Part shown: positions 38,365 to 53,145 of the stretch, piece by piece
Layout: each line of letters opens with the position of its first letter
Numbering within the stretch: the stretch's first letter is position 1
Source of the DNA: Eledone cirrhosa
Lineage: Eukaryota
Length of the DNA stretch: 64,000 nucleotides
Assembly: GCA_964016885.1 (NCBI GenBank)
Contig: OZ024754.1
Coordinates: 20,398,001 to 20,462,000 of the forward strand
Reading direction: 5' to 3'
Made by a program: the position numbers and the translations under genes
The notes under the pieces: generated by a model
What the model was told of the DNA's origin: nothing
Databases searched by the model: none
What the model saw: the letters and a program-made list of their open reading frames with translations, nothing else

Positions 38365-41300
38365 TGATATATATATATACACACAACCATATATACACCT
38401 CAGTTATATATATATATACACCCAACCACATATATATACACACAACCATATATACACCTCAGTTATACATATATATATATACCCAACCACATATATATAC
38501 ACACAACCATATATACACCTCCGTTATACATATATATATACACCCAACCACATATATATACACACAACCATATATACACCCAACCACATATATATACACA
38601 CAACCATATATACACCTCAGTTATACATATATATACAGACAACCACATATATATACACACAACCATATATACACCTCAGTTATACATATATATATACACC
38701 CAACCACACATATATATACACACAACCATATATACACCCAACCACATATATATACACACAACCATATATACACCTCAGTTATACATATATACACCCAACC
38801 ACATATATATACACACAACCATATATACACCTCAGTTATACATATATATATACACCCAACCACATATATATACAAACAACCATATATACACCTCCGTTAT
38901 ACATATATATATACACCCAACCACATATATATACACACAACCATATATACATCTCAGTTATACATATATATACACCCAACCACATATATATACACTCAAC
39001 CATATATACACCTCCGTTATACATATATACACCCAACCACATATATATACACACAACCATATATACACCTCAGTTATACATATATATATACACCCAACCA
39101 CATATATATACAAACAACCATATATACACCTCCGTTATACATATATACACCCAACCACATATATATACACACAACCATATATACACCTCAGTTATACATA
39201 TATATACAGCCAACCACATATATATACACACAACCATATATACACCTCAGTTATACATATATATACACCCAACCACATATATATACACACAACCATATAT
39301 ACATCTCAGTTATACATATATATATATACACCCAACCACATATATATACACACAACCATATATACACCTCAGTTATATATATACATATATACACCCAACC
39401 ACATATATATACACACAATCATATATACACCTCAGTTATACATATATATATATACCCAACCACATATATATACACACAACCATATATACACCTCAGTTAT
39501 ACATATATATACACCCAACCACATATATATACACACAACCATATATACACCTCAGTTATACATATATATATACACCCAACCACATATATATACACACAAC
39601 CATATATACACCTCAGTTATACATATATATATACACCCAACCACATATATATACAAACAACCATATATACACCTCCGTTAAACATATATATATACACCCA
39701 ACCACATATATATACACACAACCATATATACACCTCAGTTATACATATATACACCAAACCACATATATATACACACAACCATATATACACCTCAGTTATA
39801 CATATATACACCAAACCACATATATATACACACAACCATATATACACCTCAGTTATACATATATATATATACACCCAACCACATATATATACACACAACC
39901 ATATATACACCTCAGTTATACATATATACACCCAACCACATATATATACACACAACCATATATACACCTCAGTTATACATATATATATACACCCAACCAC
40001 ATATATATACAAACAACCATATATACACCTCCGTTATACATATATATATACACCCAACCACATATATATACACACAACCATATATACATCTCAGTTATAC
40101 ATATATATACACCCAACCACATATATATACACTCAACCATATATACACCTCCGTTATACATATATACACCCAACCACATATATATACACACAACCATATA
40201 TACACCTCAGTTATACATATATATATACACCCAACCACATATATATACAAACAACCATATATACACCTCCGTTATACATATATACACCCAACCACATATA
40301 TATACACACAACCATATATACACCTCAGTTATACATATATATACAGCCAACCACATATATATACACACAACCATATATACACCTCAGTTATACATATATA
40401 TACACCCAACCACATATATATACACACGACCATATATACATCTCAGTTATACATATATATATATACACCCAACCACATATATATACACACAACCATATAT
40501 ACACCTCAGTTATATATTTACATATATACACCCAACCACATATATATACACACAATCATATATACACCTCAGTTATACATATATATATATATATACCCAA
40601 CCACATATATATACACACAACCATATATACACCTCAGTTATACATATATATACACCCAACCACATATATATACACACAACCATATATACACCTCAGTTAT
40701 ACATATATATATACACCCAACCACATATATATACACACAACCATATATACACCTCAGTTATACATATATATATACACCCAACCACATATATATACAAACA
40801 ACCATATATACACCTCCGTTAAACATATATATATACACCCAACCACATATATATACACACAACCATATATACACCTCAGTTATACATATATACACCAAAC
40901 CACATATATATACACACAACCATATATACACCTCAGTTATACATATATACACCAAACCACATATATATACACACAACCATATATACACCTCAGTTATACA
41001 TATATATATATACACCCAACCACATATATATACACACAACCATATATACACCTCAGTTATACATATATATATACACACAACCATATATACACCTCAGTTA
41101 TACATATATATATACACCCAACCGCATATATATACACACAACCATATATACACCTCAGTTATACATATATATACACCCAACCACATATATATACAAACAA
41201 CCATATATACACCTCAGTTATACATATATATACACCCAACCACATATATATATACACAACCATATATACACCTCACTTATACATATATATATACACCCAA

Positions 41301-42950
41301 CCACATATATATACACACAACCATATATACACCTCAGTTATACATATATATACACCCAACCACATATATATACAAACAACCATATATACACCTCAGTTAT
41401 ACATATATATACACCCAACCACATATATATACACACAACCATATATACACCTCAGTTATACATATATATATACACCCAACCACATATATATACACACAAC
41501 CATATATACACCTCAGTTATACATATATATATACACCCAACCACATATATATACACACAACCATATATACACCTCAGTTATACATATATATACACCCAAC
41601 CACATATATATATACACACAACCATATATACACCTCAGTTATACATATATATATACACCCAACCACATATATATACACACAACCATATATACACCTCAGT
41701 TATACATATATACACACCCAACCACATATATATACACACAACCATATATACACCTCAGTTATACATATATATATACACCCAACCACATATATATACACAC
41801 CCAACCACATATATATACAAACAACCATATATACACCTCAGTTATACATATATATATACACCCAACCACATATATATACACACAACCATATATACACCTC
41901 AGTTATACATATATATACACCCAACCACATATATATATACACACAACCATATATACACCTCAGTTATACATATATATACGCCCAACCACATATATATACA
42001 CACAACCATATATACACCTCAGTTATACATATATATACACCCAACCACATATATATATACACACAACCATATATACACCTCAGTTATACATATATATATA
42101 CACCCAACCACATATATATACACACAACTATATATACATCTCAGTTATACATATATATATACACCCAACCACATATATATACACACAACCATATATACAC
42201 CTCAGTTATACATATATATATACACCCAACCACATATATATACACACCCAACCACATATATATACAAACAACCATATATACACCTCAGTTATACATATAT
42301 ATATACACCCAACCACATATATATACACACAACCATATATACACCTCAGTTATACATATATATACACCCAACCACATATATATATACACACAACCATATA
42401 TACACCTCAGTTATACATATATATACGCCCAACCACATATATATACACACAACCATATATACACCTCAGTTATACATATATATACACCCAACCACATATA
42501 TATATACACACAACCATATATACACCTCAGTTATACATATATATATACACCCAACCACATATATATACACACAACTATATATACATCTCAGTTATACATA
42601 TATATATACACCCAACCACATATATATACACACAACCATATATACATCTCAGTTATACATATATATATATACACCCAACCACATATATATACACACAACC
42701 ATATATACACCTCAGTTATACATATATATACACCCAACCACATATATATACACACAACCATATATACACCTCAGTTATACATATATATACACCCAACCAC
42801 ATATATATACACACAACCATATATACACCTCAGTTATACATATATATATACACCCAACCACATATATATACACACAACCATATATACACCTCAGTTATAC
42901 ATATATATATATACACCCAACCACATATATATACACACAACCACATATAG
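38365..42950. repeat. ~58-62 bp compound minisatellite (cacccaaccacatatatatacacacaaccatatatacacctcagttatacatatatata)n
   Basis: Directly visible. Variant units (tacactcaac, atacagccaacc) recur 1137 bp apart, showing a block duplication. Confidence 0.95.
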
Positions 42951-43049
42951 ACACAAAGTAATGTAAATTTCGTGATATTTTCAATTGTTGGTTAAGCAGG
43001 AGGAAGTAAATATATATTATTGAGTTAATAGAGTATTAACTACATACTT

Positions 43050-43253
43050 TGGTTGTTACTGTTGTTGTTGTTACTGTTGTTGTTGTTGTTACTGCTGTGG
43101 TGGTTGTTACTGTTGTTGTTGTTGTTGTTGTTACTGTTGTTGTTGTTGTTGTTACTGTTTTGGTGGTGGTTGTTGTTGTTGTTGTTGCTGTTGTTGTTAC
43201 TGTTGTTGTTGTTACTGTTGTTGTTACTGTTGTTGTGGCTGTTGTTGTTACCG

Positions 43254-43288
<35 letters not shown>

Positions 43289-43479
43289 ACTGTTGTTGTG
43301 TTTGTTGTTGTTGTTACTGTTGTTCTGGTTGTTGTTGTTGTTACTGTTGTTGTTGTTATTGTTGTTGTTGTTGTTGTTGTTGCTGTTGCTGTTGTTGTTG
43401 TTACTGTTGTTGTTGTTACTGTTGTTGTTGTTACTGTTGTTGTTGTTACTGTTGTTGTTGTTACTGTTGTTGTTGTTAG

Positions 43480-43525
<46 letters not shown>

Positions 43526-43538
43526 ATTGTTGTTGTTT

Positions 43539-43569
<31 letters not shown>

Positions 43570-44520
43570 GTTGTTGTTGTTATTGTTGTTGTTGTTGTTG
43601 TTATTGTCGTTGTTGTTGTTACTGTTGTTGTTGTTACTGTTGTTGTTGTTACTGTTGTTGTTCTTACTGTTGTTGTTGTTACTGTTGATGCTGTTGTTGT
43701 TGTTGTTGTTACTGTTGTTGTTGTTGTTACTGTAGTTGTTGTTGCTGCTGTTGTTGTTGTTACTGTTGTTGTTGTTGTTGTTACTGTTGTTGTTGTTTTT
43801 GTTACTGTTGTTGTTGTTGTTACTGTTGTTGTTGTTGTTACTATTGTTGTTGTTGTTGTTGTTACTGTTGTTGTTGTTGTTACGGTTGTTGTTACTGTTG
43901 TTACTGTTGTTGTTGTTGTTAGTGTTGTTGTTACTGTTGTTACTGTTGTTGTTGTTACTGTTGTTGTTGTTGTTGTTACTGTTGTTACTGTTGTTGTTGT
44001 TGTTACTGTTGTCGTTGTTTTTACTGTTGTTGTTGTTACTGTTGTTGTTGTTGTTGTTACTGTTGTTACTGTTGTTACTGTTGTTGTTGTTACTGTTGTT
44101 GTTGTTGCTGTTGTTGTTGTTACTGTTGTTGTTGTTGTTGCTGTTGTTGTTGTTACTGTTGTTGTTATTGTTACTGTTGTTACTGTTGTTGTTGTTACTG
44201 TTGTTGTTGTTACTGCTGTTGTTGTTGTTGTTGCTGCTGCTGTTGCTGCTGCTGCTACTGTTGCTGTTGTTGCTGTTGTTACTCTTGTTGTTGTTGTTGT
44301 TGTTGTTACTATTGTTTTTGTTGTTGTTACTATTGTTTTTGTTACTGTTGTTGTTGTTACTGTTGTTGTTGTTGTTGTTGTTATTGCTGCTGCTGTTGCT
44401 GCTGCTGTTGCTGCTACTGTTGCTGTTGTTGCTGTTGTTACTGTTGCTGTTGTTGTTATTGCTGCTGTTGTTACTGCTGTGGTGTTGCAGCTGTTGCTGC
44501 TGCTGTTGTGCTGCTGCTCT
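43050..44520. repeat. Imperfect (GTT)n/(GTTACT)/(GCT)n trinucleotide array, about 1.47 kb
   Basis: Directly visible. Confidence 0.97.
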
Positions 44521-44626
44521 CTCTTACTCCCGTTTCATAGATATATCTCAAAGTTCATACACTTACTATACTGCCAGGTTCAGTGTCAAAATGAAGCATT
44601 GATATTGATAGCAGTTCTGCTTTTTA

Positions 44627-45725
<1,099 letters not shown>

Positions 45726-45998
45726 TATCATCATCATCATCATCATCATTTTACGTCCGCTGTTCCCTACTTGCATGGGTTGGACAGGTCCTATTCAGCA
45801 CTGCATCTCTCCACTCGTCACGTGTTTGTGCGTACGTGTATATATACGCGTATGCATGTGTATGAGCATGTGTGTGTGTGTGTTGACTTATATAGGCTTG
45901 TGGGCATGTGTCTGTGTATGTACGTGCTTCGGATGAATGTATGCGTATGTTTATATGTTTATATGTTCTCCTTAATGTGTGGGTATAGCGGAAGTCTA

Positions 45999-46339
45999 TG
46001 CGTACGACTCTCATTATCTATGTGATTGTGTGTGTGTGAGTGCGTACGACTCTCATTATCTATGTGATTGTGTGTGTGTGAGTGCGTACGACTCTCATTA
46101 TCTATGTGATTGTGTGTGTGTGAGTGCGTACGACTCTCATTATCTATGTGATTGTGTGTGTGTGAGTGCGTACGACTCTCATTATCTATGTGATTGTGTG
46201 TGTGTGAGTGCGTACGACTCTCATTATCTATGTGATTGTGTGTGTGTGAGTGCGTACGACTCTCATTATCTATGTGATTGTGTGTGTGTGAGTGCGTACG
46301 ACTCTCATTATCTATGTGATTGTGTGTGTGTGAGTGCGT
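45999..46339. repeat. 42-bp tandem repeat, 8 identical copies
   Basis: tgcgtacgactctcattatctatgtgattgtgtgtgtgtgag x8. Confidence 0.97.
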
Positions 46340-46932
46340 GCAGCGATGTGTGAACTACCAATCACAGCAGTAATTCATTGAAGTGTAGCAGACATGGGAC
46401 AGCGGAATGGTACCTGTGGTCAGAAGTATGATGACGTAGACAACCAGGGGCCAATCACTGGACGCGCGAAGAGGATGAAGTTTTTGATGGTACTGGCCCA
46501 GAGGGTCAGATACCCCAGTGAGAGAATATGCTCCAAAATCATTAGACGTGTCCGTCGAACTTGCGGGTCCAGAGTCAGACAGATCCACATGATGATCGCG
46601 TCTCCAGCTGTCCGCCAGCGAAACAATTGTAACACACAATAAATTGAGTTCAGATGCATCACTGACTTTTCGTTTTATATTATATCATACTCTGCTCTGT
46701 AAGAGCATAGAGTGCTCAACCGGCACACTACCTATGGAAGCAACTTATCTACCATCAGACACACACACACATATATATATATATATATGTATATATACAC
46801 AGAGATATCCACGGTAAGTTGTGGGGTCTAGTCTTCATGAAGAACTCAATGTAATCCATATGTTGAAAATGTTGTAGGTTAAAATAAATCCCGGAAAACA
46901 ATAAAACATTAAAAGGAAAACAGAGTCATGAT

Positions 46933-47509
46933 ATAAGTTAAAACAATGAAATAAAAAAATCAAGTCATTAGAGATATACTTCACTGCTTTACGATCGTTT
47001 CTAGGTGATGATAATACATCGTAACTATACTTTGTTATCGATCTATGTAAGGTTAGTTACAAACTATCAGATAAGGAGAATATTTACTTACATGCATATC
47101 AACAGCTGTAATAATTGTATTCAAAATTAGTAGTAAATTAGTATTATGTTTAGTTCTATGACTTTATTTGGAGGTAGCTGAAGAACTAACCAATCAGATT
47201 GTTTTTTTCATATGATGTTAAGATGAAAAATAATTCACTTTAGTTGAGGTCATGACCCTTTGAAAGGAATTGTTGAATGGTGTCATGACCTCAACTAAAG
47301 TGAATTATTTGAATACAATTATTATGGCTTTTGACAACAGCTGGTGATATGCATGTAAGTAAATATTCTCCTTATCTGATAGTTTGTAATTAACCTTACA
47401 TAGATCGATAATGAAGTATAGTTATGATGTATTATCATCACATAGAAACGATCGTAAAGCAGTGAAGTATATCTCTAATGACTTGATTTTTTATTTCATT
47501 GTTTTAACT

Positions 47510-47512
<3 letters not shown>
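46933..47512. repeat. Nested inverted repeat (outer arms about 190-200 bp, inner arms about 28 bp)
   Basis: 46933-47124 is the reverse complement of about 47308-47512. The inner aataattcactttagttgaggtcatgac pairs with gtcatgacctcaactaaagtgaattatt. Confidence 0.9.
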
Positions 47513-47546
<34 letters not shown>

Positions 47547-47699
47547 CGTTTCTGAATTTGTTTAGCAAGATTCTTTATTGGCAACATGACCCTCCCAAAG
47601 TATAACAATATATATATATATATATATATATAAACGCCTAGAGCCAGGGAAATGTAGGACTCAAAAAGCAGGTGTGAGTTTGTGTCCAACAGGCGATGG

Positions 47700-48290
47700 T
47701 GTCTACCTTTTCCTTCTCTAGCAGCTTATATGTCCAACCTGTAGGATTCTTTTTCTTCTTTGACCCCTTTTCCAGCACAGCTTCCTTCCACTCATTGCGT
47801 TCCTTCATCATCTCTGTGAAATTCAATATTTTGAAATTCATTATCACCACTTCTACTCAACTTTTCCTTAATCTTCCTCCACTGCATCTTCCTTCCACTT
47901 GGAGCTCTTGGCACAACACTTCTTCACTCAACGCTCATCATCTATACACATCACATTACCTCACCAGGGCAGTCTTCACACAGCATTTTATATTCAGTTT
48001 TTTACTCAGTTCATCCGTGCTTCACAGGTTTTTTGCTTTAACATCATACATTCACTGAAGCATGCTTACTTAATTTCTCTGCATTAACTGCTCATGTTTC
48101 ACTTTATTAAAAATCACACTTTGCACACAACCATCATACAGTCAATATTTCCTTCATAGAGAGAAACCTTTTGTTGTCAACAAACATACCATCTCCATCT
48201 TCTGAACCATTTCCATCTTCTTCTTATTCTCGCTACTATACTTTCACAGCAACTCCTGCACTGTTCATTCAAGTCCTTCCAGCACTAAGG
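47700..48290 (-). mobile_element. Decayed RTE-clade LINE ORF C-terminus
   Basis: Minus-strand translation gives RLPW*GNVMCIDDER*VKK, ELQVEGRCSGGRLRKS and EMMKERNEWKEAV, matching the RL.W.GHV.R / G.R..GRP...W / R..W RTE tail pattern. Confidence 0.65.
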
Positions 48291-48874
48291 GGCTTAGAGG
48301 ACTTTAGCCCCTGTAATAATTTGTTTCAATATACTTGTGCTTTGGTTTTTGCTACACTGATTCTCTATTGACTCTAAATATGTTAGTATGATCATGTTTT
48401 TAATTTCCTTCTTAGTTTTGTATCAGTGATAAAAAAAAGTATGAGCTAATAATAATAATACACATGTCCCACCCTTGCAAGCAGGGAAAAGCAGACGTAA
48501 AATGATGTACAGTATATATAATTAAGACCCCTCCTCTTCAATCCCCAAACTGTAATGGATGCTGTCACTAGGTAACCTACTTTTACGGAGTCTTTCAGAG
48601 ATTGGAAAAAGTATATTTTCCTGTGTGTTCTTACTTTGGGATTGGTCTACAGCCAACATAGCCTCCACAGTTTCACGGTCCCAGTCATTAAAAGAGAGTC
48701 GAGTGATTCTAAAAATTGAGGCATAAGGCTAATCATTTGAGGGTAGAGGAACGTCGATGTAATCGACTCAGTACATGACTGGTATGTTATCTTATCAACC
48801 TCGAAATGATGAAAAGCAAAGTTAATCGCAGCTGGATTTGAACTCAGAAGGTAAGGAGTCATAAGTGCTGCAAA

Positions 48875-49414
48875 ATATTTTATCTAACGACTCTTCTACA
48901 GCCCTAGTGACACTAAATAATATTTTATCTAACGACTCTGCTACAGCCCTAGTGACACTAAATAATATTTTATCTAACTACTCTGCTACAGCCCTAGTGA
49001 CACTAAATAATATTTTATCTAACTACTCTGCTACAGCCCTAGTGACACTAAATAATATTTTATCTAACTACTCTGCTACAGCCCTAGTGACACTAAATAA
49101 TATTTTATCTAACTACTCTGCTACAGCCCTAGTGACACTAAATAATATTTTATCTAACTACTCTGCTACAGCCCTAGTGACACTAAATAATATTTTATCT
49201 AACTACTCTGCTACAGCCCTAGTGACACTAAATAATATTTTATCTAACTACTCTGCTACAGCCCTAGTGACACTAAATAATATTTTATCTAACTACTCTG
49301 CTACAGCCCTAGTGACACTAAATAATATTTTATCTAACTACTCTGCTACAGCCCTAGTGACACTAAATAATATTTTATCTAACTACTCTGCTACAGCCCT
49401 AGTGACACTAAATA
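48875..49414. repeat. 45-bp tandem repeat, 12 copies, between two CORE-like SINE copies
   Basis: aatattttatctaactactctgctacagccctagtgacactaaat x12, almost identical. Confidence 0.97.
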
Positions 49415-49416
49415 AT

Positions 49417-49635
49417 AATGGTTTCTGATTTAGGCACAAGGCCAGCAATTTTGGAGGGAGGGGAAACTCAATTAAATCGACCCCAGTGTGTTAGTGGTAC
49501 TTTATTTTATCGACCCAAAGTTAACCTTGGCAGAATTTGAGCTGAGAATGTAAAGGGGCATAACTAAATGCTGTAGCAAAATATTTTATCTAATGTTCTA
49601 CCGATTCTACCAATCTGCTGCCCTAGTGACACTAG
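49417..49635 (-). mobile_element. CORE-like SINE copy
   Basis: Same consensus as 6750-7400. Confidence 0.75.
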
Positions 49636-51099
49636 ATACTATATTACAAATTAGTTCATATCACCATCCTAGGACACAAGAGTATTGATGTATATATTTC
49701 CAAACATATCGCTCTTTTGATATTTACTTTGTCAAAATACTAAAAACATTGATCTTTAGTGCACGACTGCCAACAGCTTCCTATTGAATCGAAGATATTG
49801 ATCACTGAGATTTCTGTGTAACTGCCATTGGATTTGCTAAGATTTTTCAAAAGCCAAAAAATTACAATTCTCTCTCCATTGCGATGTCATCTCTCTGATA
49901 TTTAAAAGATAAATTCCTTTTGTGTGTTTGTGCATGCCTGTATGTATGCATGTGTGTGTAATATATGTATGCATGTGTGTATAATGCATATATGCACATG
50001 TGGTGTATGCAGGTTGTGTGTATGAGTGTGAATGTATGTATACAAACAAGTGTGTGTATGTGTGTTGGTGTATGAGTGTATGTATTTGTGCATATGTATA
50101 ATGCCTGTATGTGTGCATGTGTGTAATGCATGTGATTGCATGTCTGTGTGTGTAGATGTACAAGTGCATGTATGCCTGTATGTAGGCATATCTGTAATGA
50201 GTGTATGTACATGAGTATGTGTGTTATGCATGTATAGACGTGTGTATATGTAGGTGTATGTACATGAGTATGTGTGTTATGCATGTATAGACGTGTGTAT
50301 ATGTAGGTGTATGTACATGAGTATGTGTGTTATGCATGTATAGACGTGTGTATATGTAGGTGTTTTGTTTTGATCTGCAAAACCAAGAAGATGACATCTT
50401 GCTTGAGAAAAAAACCCATCCCCACTCCCATGAGGTGGAAATGGCTGATGCAGTGGGTAGTGCTGGCTATTGATTGCAGCAATGCCATGGAACAGCTGAG
50501 ATGAACTTCCCCCAGCTAACAGTGGTGGAGTGTTTGCCCTTTCCTCATTTCTACCACCATCACCATTAGACACCGTAAATCTGGTTGGCATTAGGAAGAG
50601 CATTCAGCCATAGAAACCAAGCCAAAACCAGTTCTGTGTGAGCGAAACACAGTCCTCCAACCTGGATCTCTTGCAACAGGACAACCCGTCCTACCCATGC
50701 TAGTGTGGAAAAGGGACGTTAAACTATGATGATGATCACCATCAATTTCTCTTTTTGTTTATTCTTTCTTCCTTTTCTTTTATTTCTTTTTTCTATTTTC
50801 CAGTTTGTAAATAATATATACAAGTGAATATGAAATTTTGAATCAATAAAATTGTTTGTTCTTATTTTTCTCTTTAATATGAAAACAATTACAATATGAA
50901 ATAGATTTGAATGAAACTTCTCTTAGTTCTTCAAAGAATTGCTACCAAAAACTAATCGCCATAAAATAACTAGGTTAGACAATAAAAATAAAAAGGTTTT
51001 GATAAGATATAGAAGATCAATAAATCGATAGCATATTTCTACAATATATTTTCCTTCTATAATAATTCAGGATTTATCTATCAAATATATATATACAGA

Positions 51100-51390
51100 C
51101 TGTAAAGAGTTCTTGTAGGTGTCATGACTAAAGTACCCAGCCCACACTGTAAAGAGGTCATGTTGGCGACATGATAAAAAGCACCCAGCCCACTGTAAAG
51201 CAGTCGTGTTGGCAACAACATAAAGTGCCCAGCTCACACTGTAAAGTGGTTGTGTTGGTGACACGACAAAAAACATGTACTGTAAATGTGGTTGGCGTTA
51301 GGAAGAGCATCCAGCTGTAGAAACCAAAACCAAAGCAGTTCTGTGTGAGGGAAACGCGGTCCTTCGACGTGGATCTCTCACAATGAGACA
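51100..51390 (+). mobile_element. SINE-like repeat with internal tandem subrepeats
   Basis: Repeated cactgtaaag...ggc.aca...aaagcacccagc units, then gttggcgttaggaagagcatccagctgtagaaacc. Confidence 0.7.
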
Positions 51391-51399
51391 GCTCGTGAA

Positions 51400-51660
51400 A
51401 GCTGGTATCTGGGTATCTACCACTTATGGCTACAGTGAGTCCTTCCACCTGACTATTTACTACCCATGGCTATAGTGAAGCCTGGTACCTAGGTATTTAC
51501 CACCCATAGCTATAATGAGACCTGGGTATTTACGACCATTTGCTATAATGAGACCTGGGTATCTATGTCCCTTGGCTATAGTGAGACCTGGTGCCTAGGT
51601 ATCTACCACCCTTGACTATAATGAGACCTGGTACCTAGGTATTTACCTCCCTTTGCTAAC
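51400..51660. repeat. Degenerate ~30-42 bp tandem repeat (gctatagtgagacctggtacctaggtatttaccaccc)
   Basis: About 6-7 diverged units visible. Confidence 0.75.
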
Positions 51661-52049
51661 TCTCTAATGTGTACCACATTCTCCCAAATAACACAATTTC
51701 AACTTACAGTTTGGTAAGCTGATGATTGTAGCTTTTGACACTTCATGATCTGATCACACTAAGAAATTACTTAGCCTGAATTTTCCACTACACATATACC
51801 TCACACCCATGCCAAATCATGTTACAGGTCATCATAACACCATATGACCCTCTCTACCACTATGGATATTTCCACAACGCTGCTATATGGAAAAATGTTT
51901 AGTGATTTATTTATTGGAGACAGTTATTATATACTTAATTTAATTATACAACTTTGTATAAAACTGTAATCCTTTAGGGTTGAGGTCTGTGTCCTATATC
52001 TATATAGATAGATATAGATATACATATATATATTATATATATATACTGT

Positions 52050-53145
52050 TGTGATCAGGTTTAAGAGGTCAGCAAAGTATTGTTTTATCAACCTTGAGAA
52101 GGGATATGAGTGCATTGGGACCTGCTGTGGAAAGTTCTGCAAGGGTATGGGATCGATGGTCAGCTTCTAGCTGACCTGAGTATTTGTGTTCAGATAAATG
52201 GTGTTAAATCGAAACCATTTATTGTGGGAGTCAGATTCCACCAAGGGTATGTACTGTCAACTCTCCTGTTCATTATTTAAATGAACAAGATTGATATGCG
52301 CAGTCATGTTGGAAGTGGTATCATGACTGGCGGGTGTAAAATCAGTTTGCTGGAATTTGCAGACGACATGGTGTTACTTAACTCGACAGAAAATGATCTC
52401 TGACTTGCACTTGATAGGTTTGATGGCGAGTGCTGCATAGCTGGAATGAAAATCAGTGCTGCAAAAACTGAGGCACTTGTCCTCTCAGGGAAGCTTGCCC
52501 AGTGCCCTCTACATGTGAATGGTGCTCCACTGAAGCAGGTAGAGAAGTTCAAGTATCTCGGGGTCATGTTCACGAGTGATGGAAGGCAGAAGGCTGAATT
52601 AAGTGCAAGAATTGCAAAAGCTTGTGAAGTAATGCACCAGCTGCAGCAATCAGAAGAAGGGAGGTAGGTGTAAAAGCCAAACTCAGTATCTTCAATTTGG
52701 CATTTGTGCCAACCCTTACCTATGGTCATGAATCTTGGGCAATGACTGAAAGAATACGATTGTGAATACAAGCGGCTGAAATGGGTTTCCTCTGAAGGGT
52801 CTTTGGTGTAACGTTACTCAATAGAGTATATAGCTTCGAGATCAGAGAGTTGGTCCAGGTAGAGCTGCTACTTCTCTGAATTGAGAGATCAGTTCCGATA
52901 CTTTGGGCGTATGGTCAGAATGTCACAGGAAAGAATCGCTGAACAGATTTTACAGGCAAAACCAACTGACAAGAAGCACAAGGGTAGACCTCGAGCAGGA
53001 TGGTTGGATAACATCCATGGGCTTGGCTGGTCATGCTTGGGATCCAGCCGGATCTGTTGGAGACGGGTGCTTCTGACAGGAGTGTTTGAGGATTCTTCCC
53101 CCCACGACCCTCTGGAAAAAGTGGGTGAAGAAGAAGAAAGAAGCT
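52050..53145 (+). mobile_element. 5'-truncated RTE-clade LINE (RT pseudogene) with (GAA)n tail
   Basis: GVRFHQGYVLSTLLFII, LLEFADDMVL, GMKISAAKTEALV, LKQVEKFKYLGV, PTLTYGHESW, FRYFGRMVRM and KGRPRAGWLDNI. Multiple stops; gaagaagaagaa tail at about 53128-53143. Confidence 0.9.

Noticed and set aside
38319-42950. 1543-aa His/Ile/Tyr/Thr-rich ORF
   Set aside because: Translation of an A/C/T minisatellite that lacks stop codons on this strand. The frame drifts with TA-tract length and there are no domains.
43049-44602. Poly-Val/Leu ORFs, or a poly-Thr/Gln mucin-like ORF on the minus strand
   Set aside because: Simple trinucleotide repeat with frame-breaking indels and no start, splice or domain context.
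45979-46353. Cys-rich metallothionein-like repeat peptide
   Set aside because: The Cys/Val content comes from (TG)n within a 42-bp DNA repeat that is identical at the nucleotide level.
48865-49428. 187-aa repeat protein (NNILSNYSATALVTL)n
   Set aside because: By-product of a 45-bp SINE-derived tandem repeat; no ATG start.
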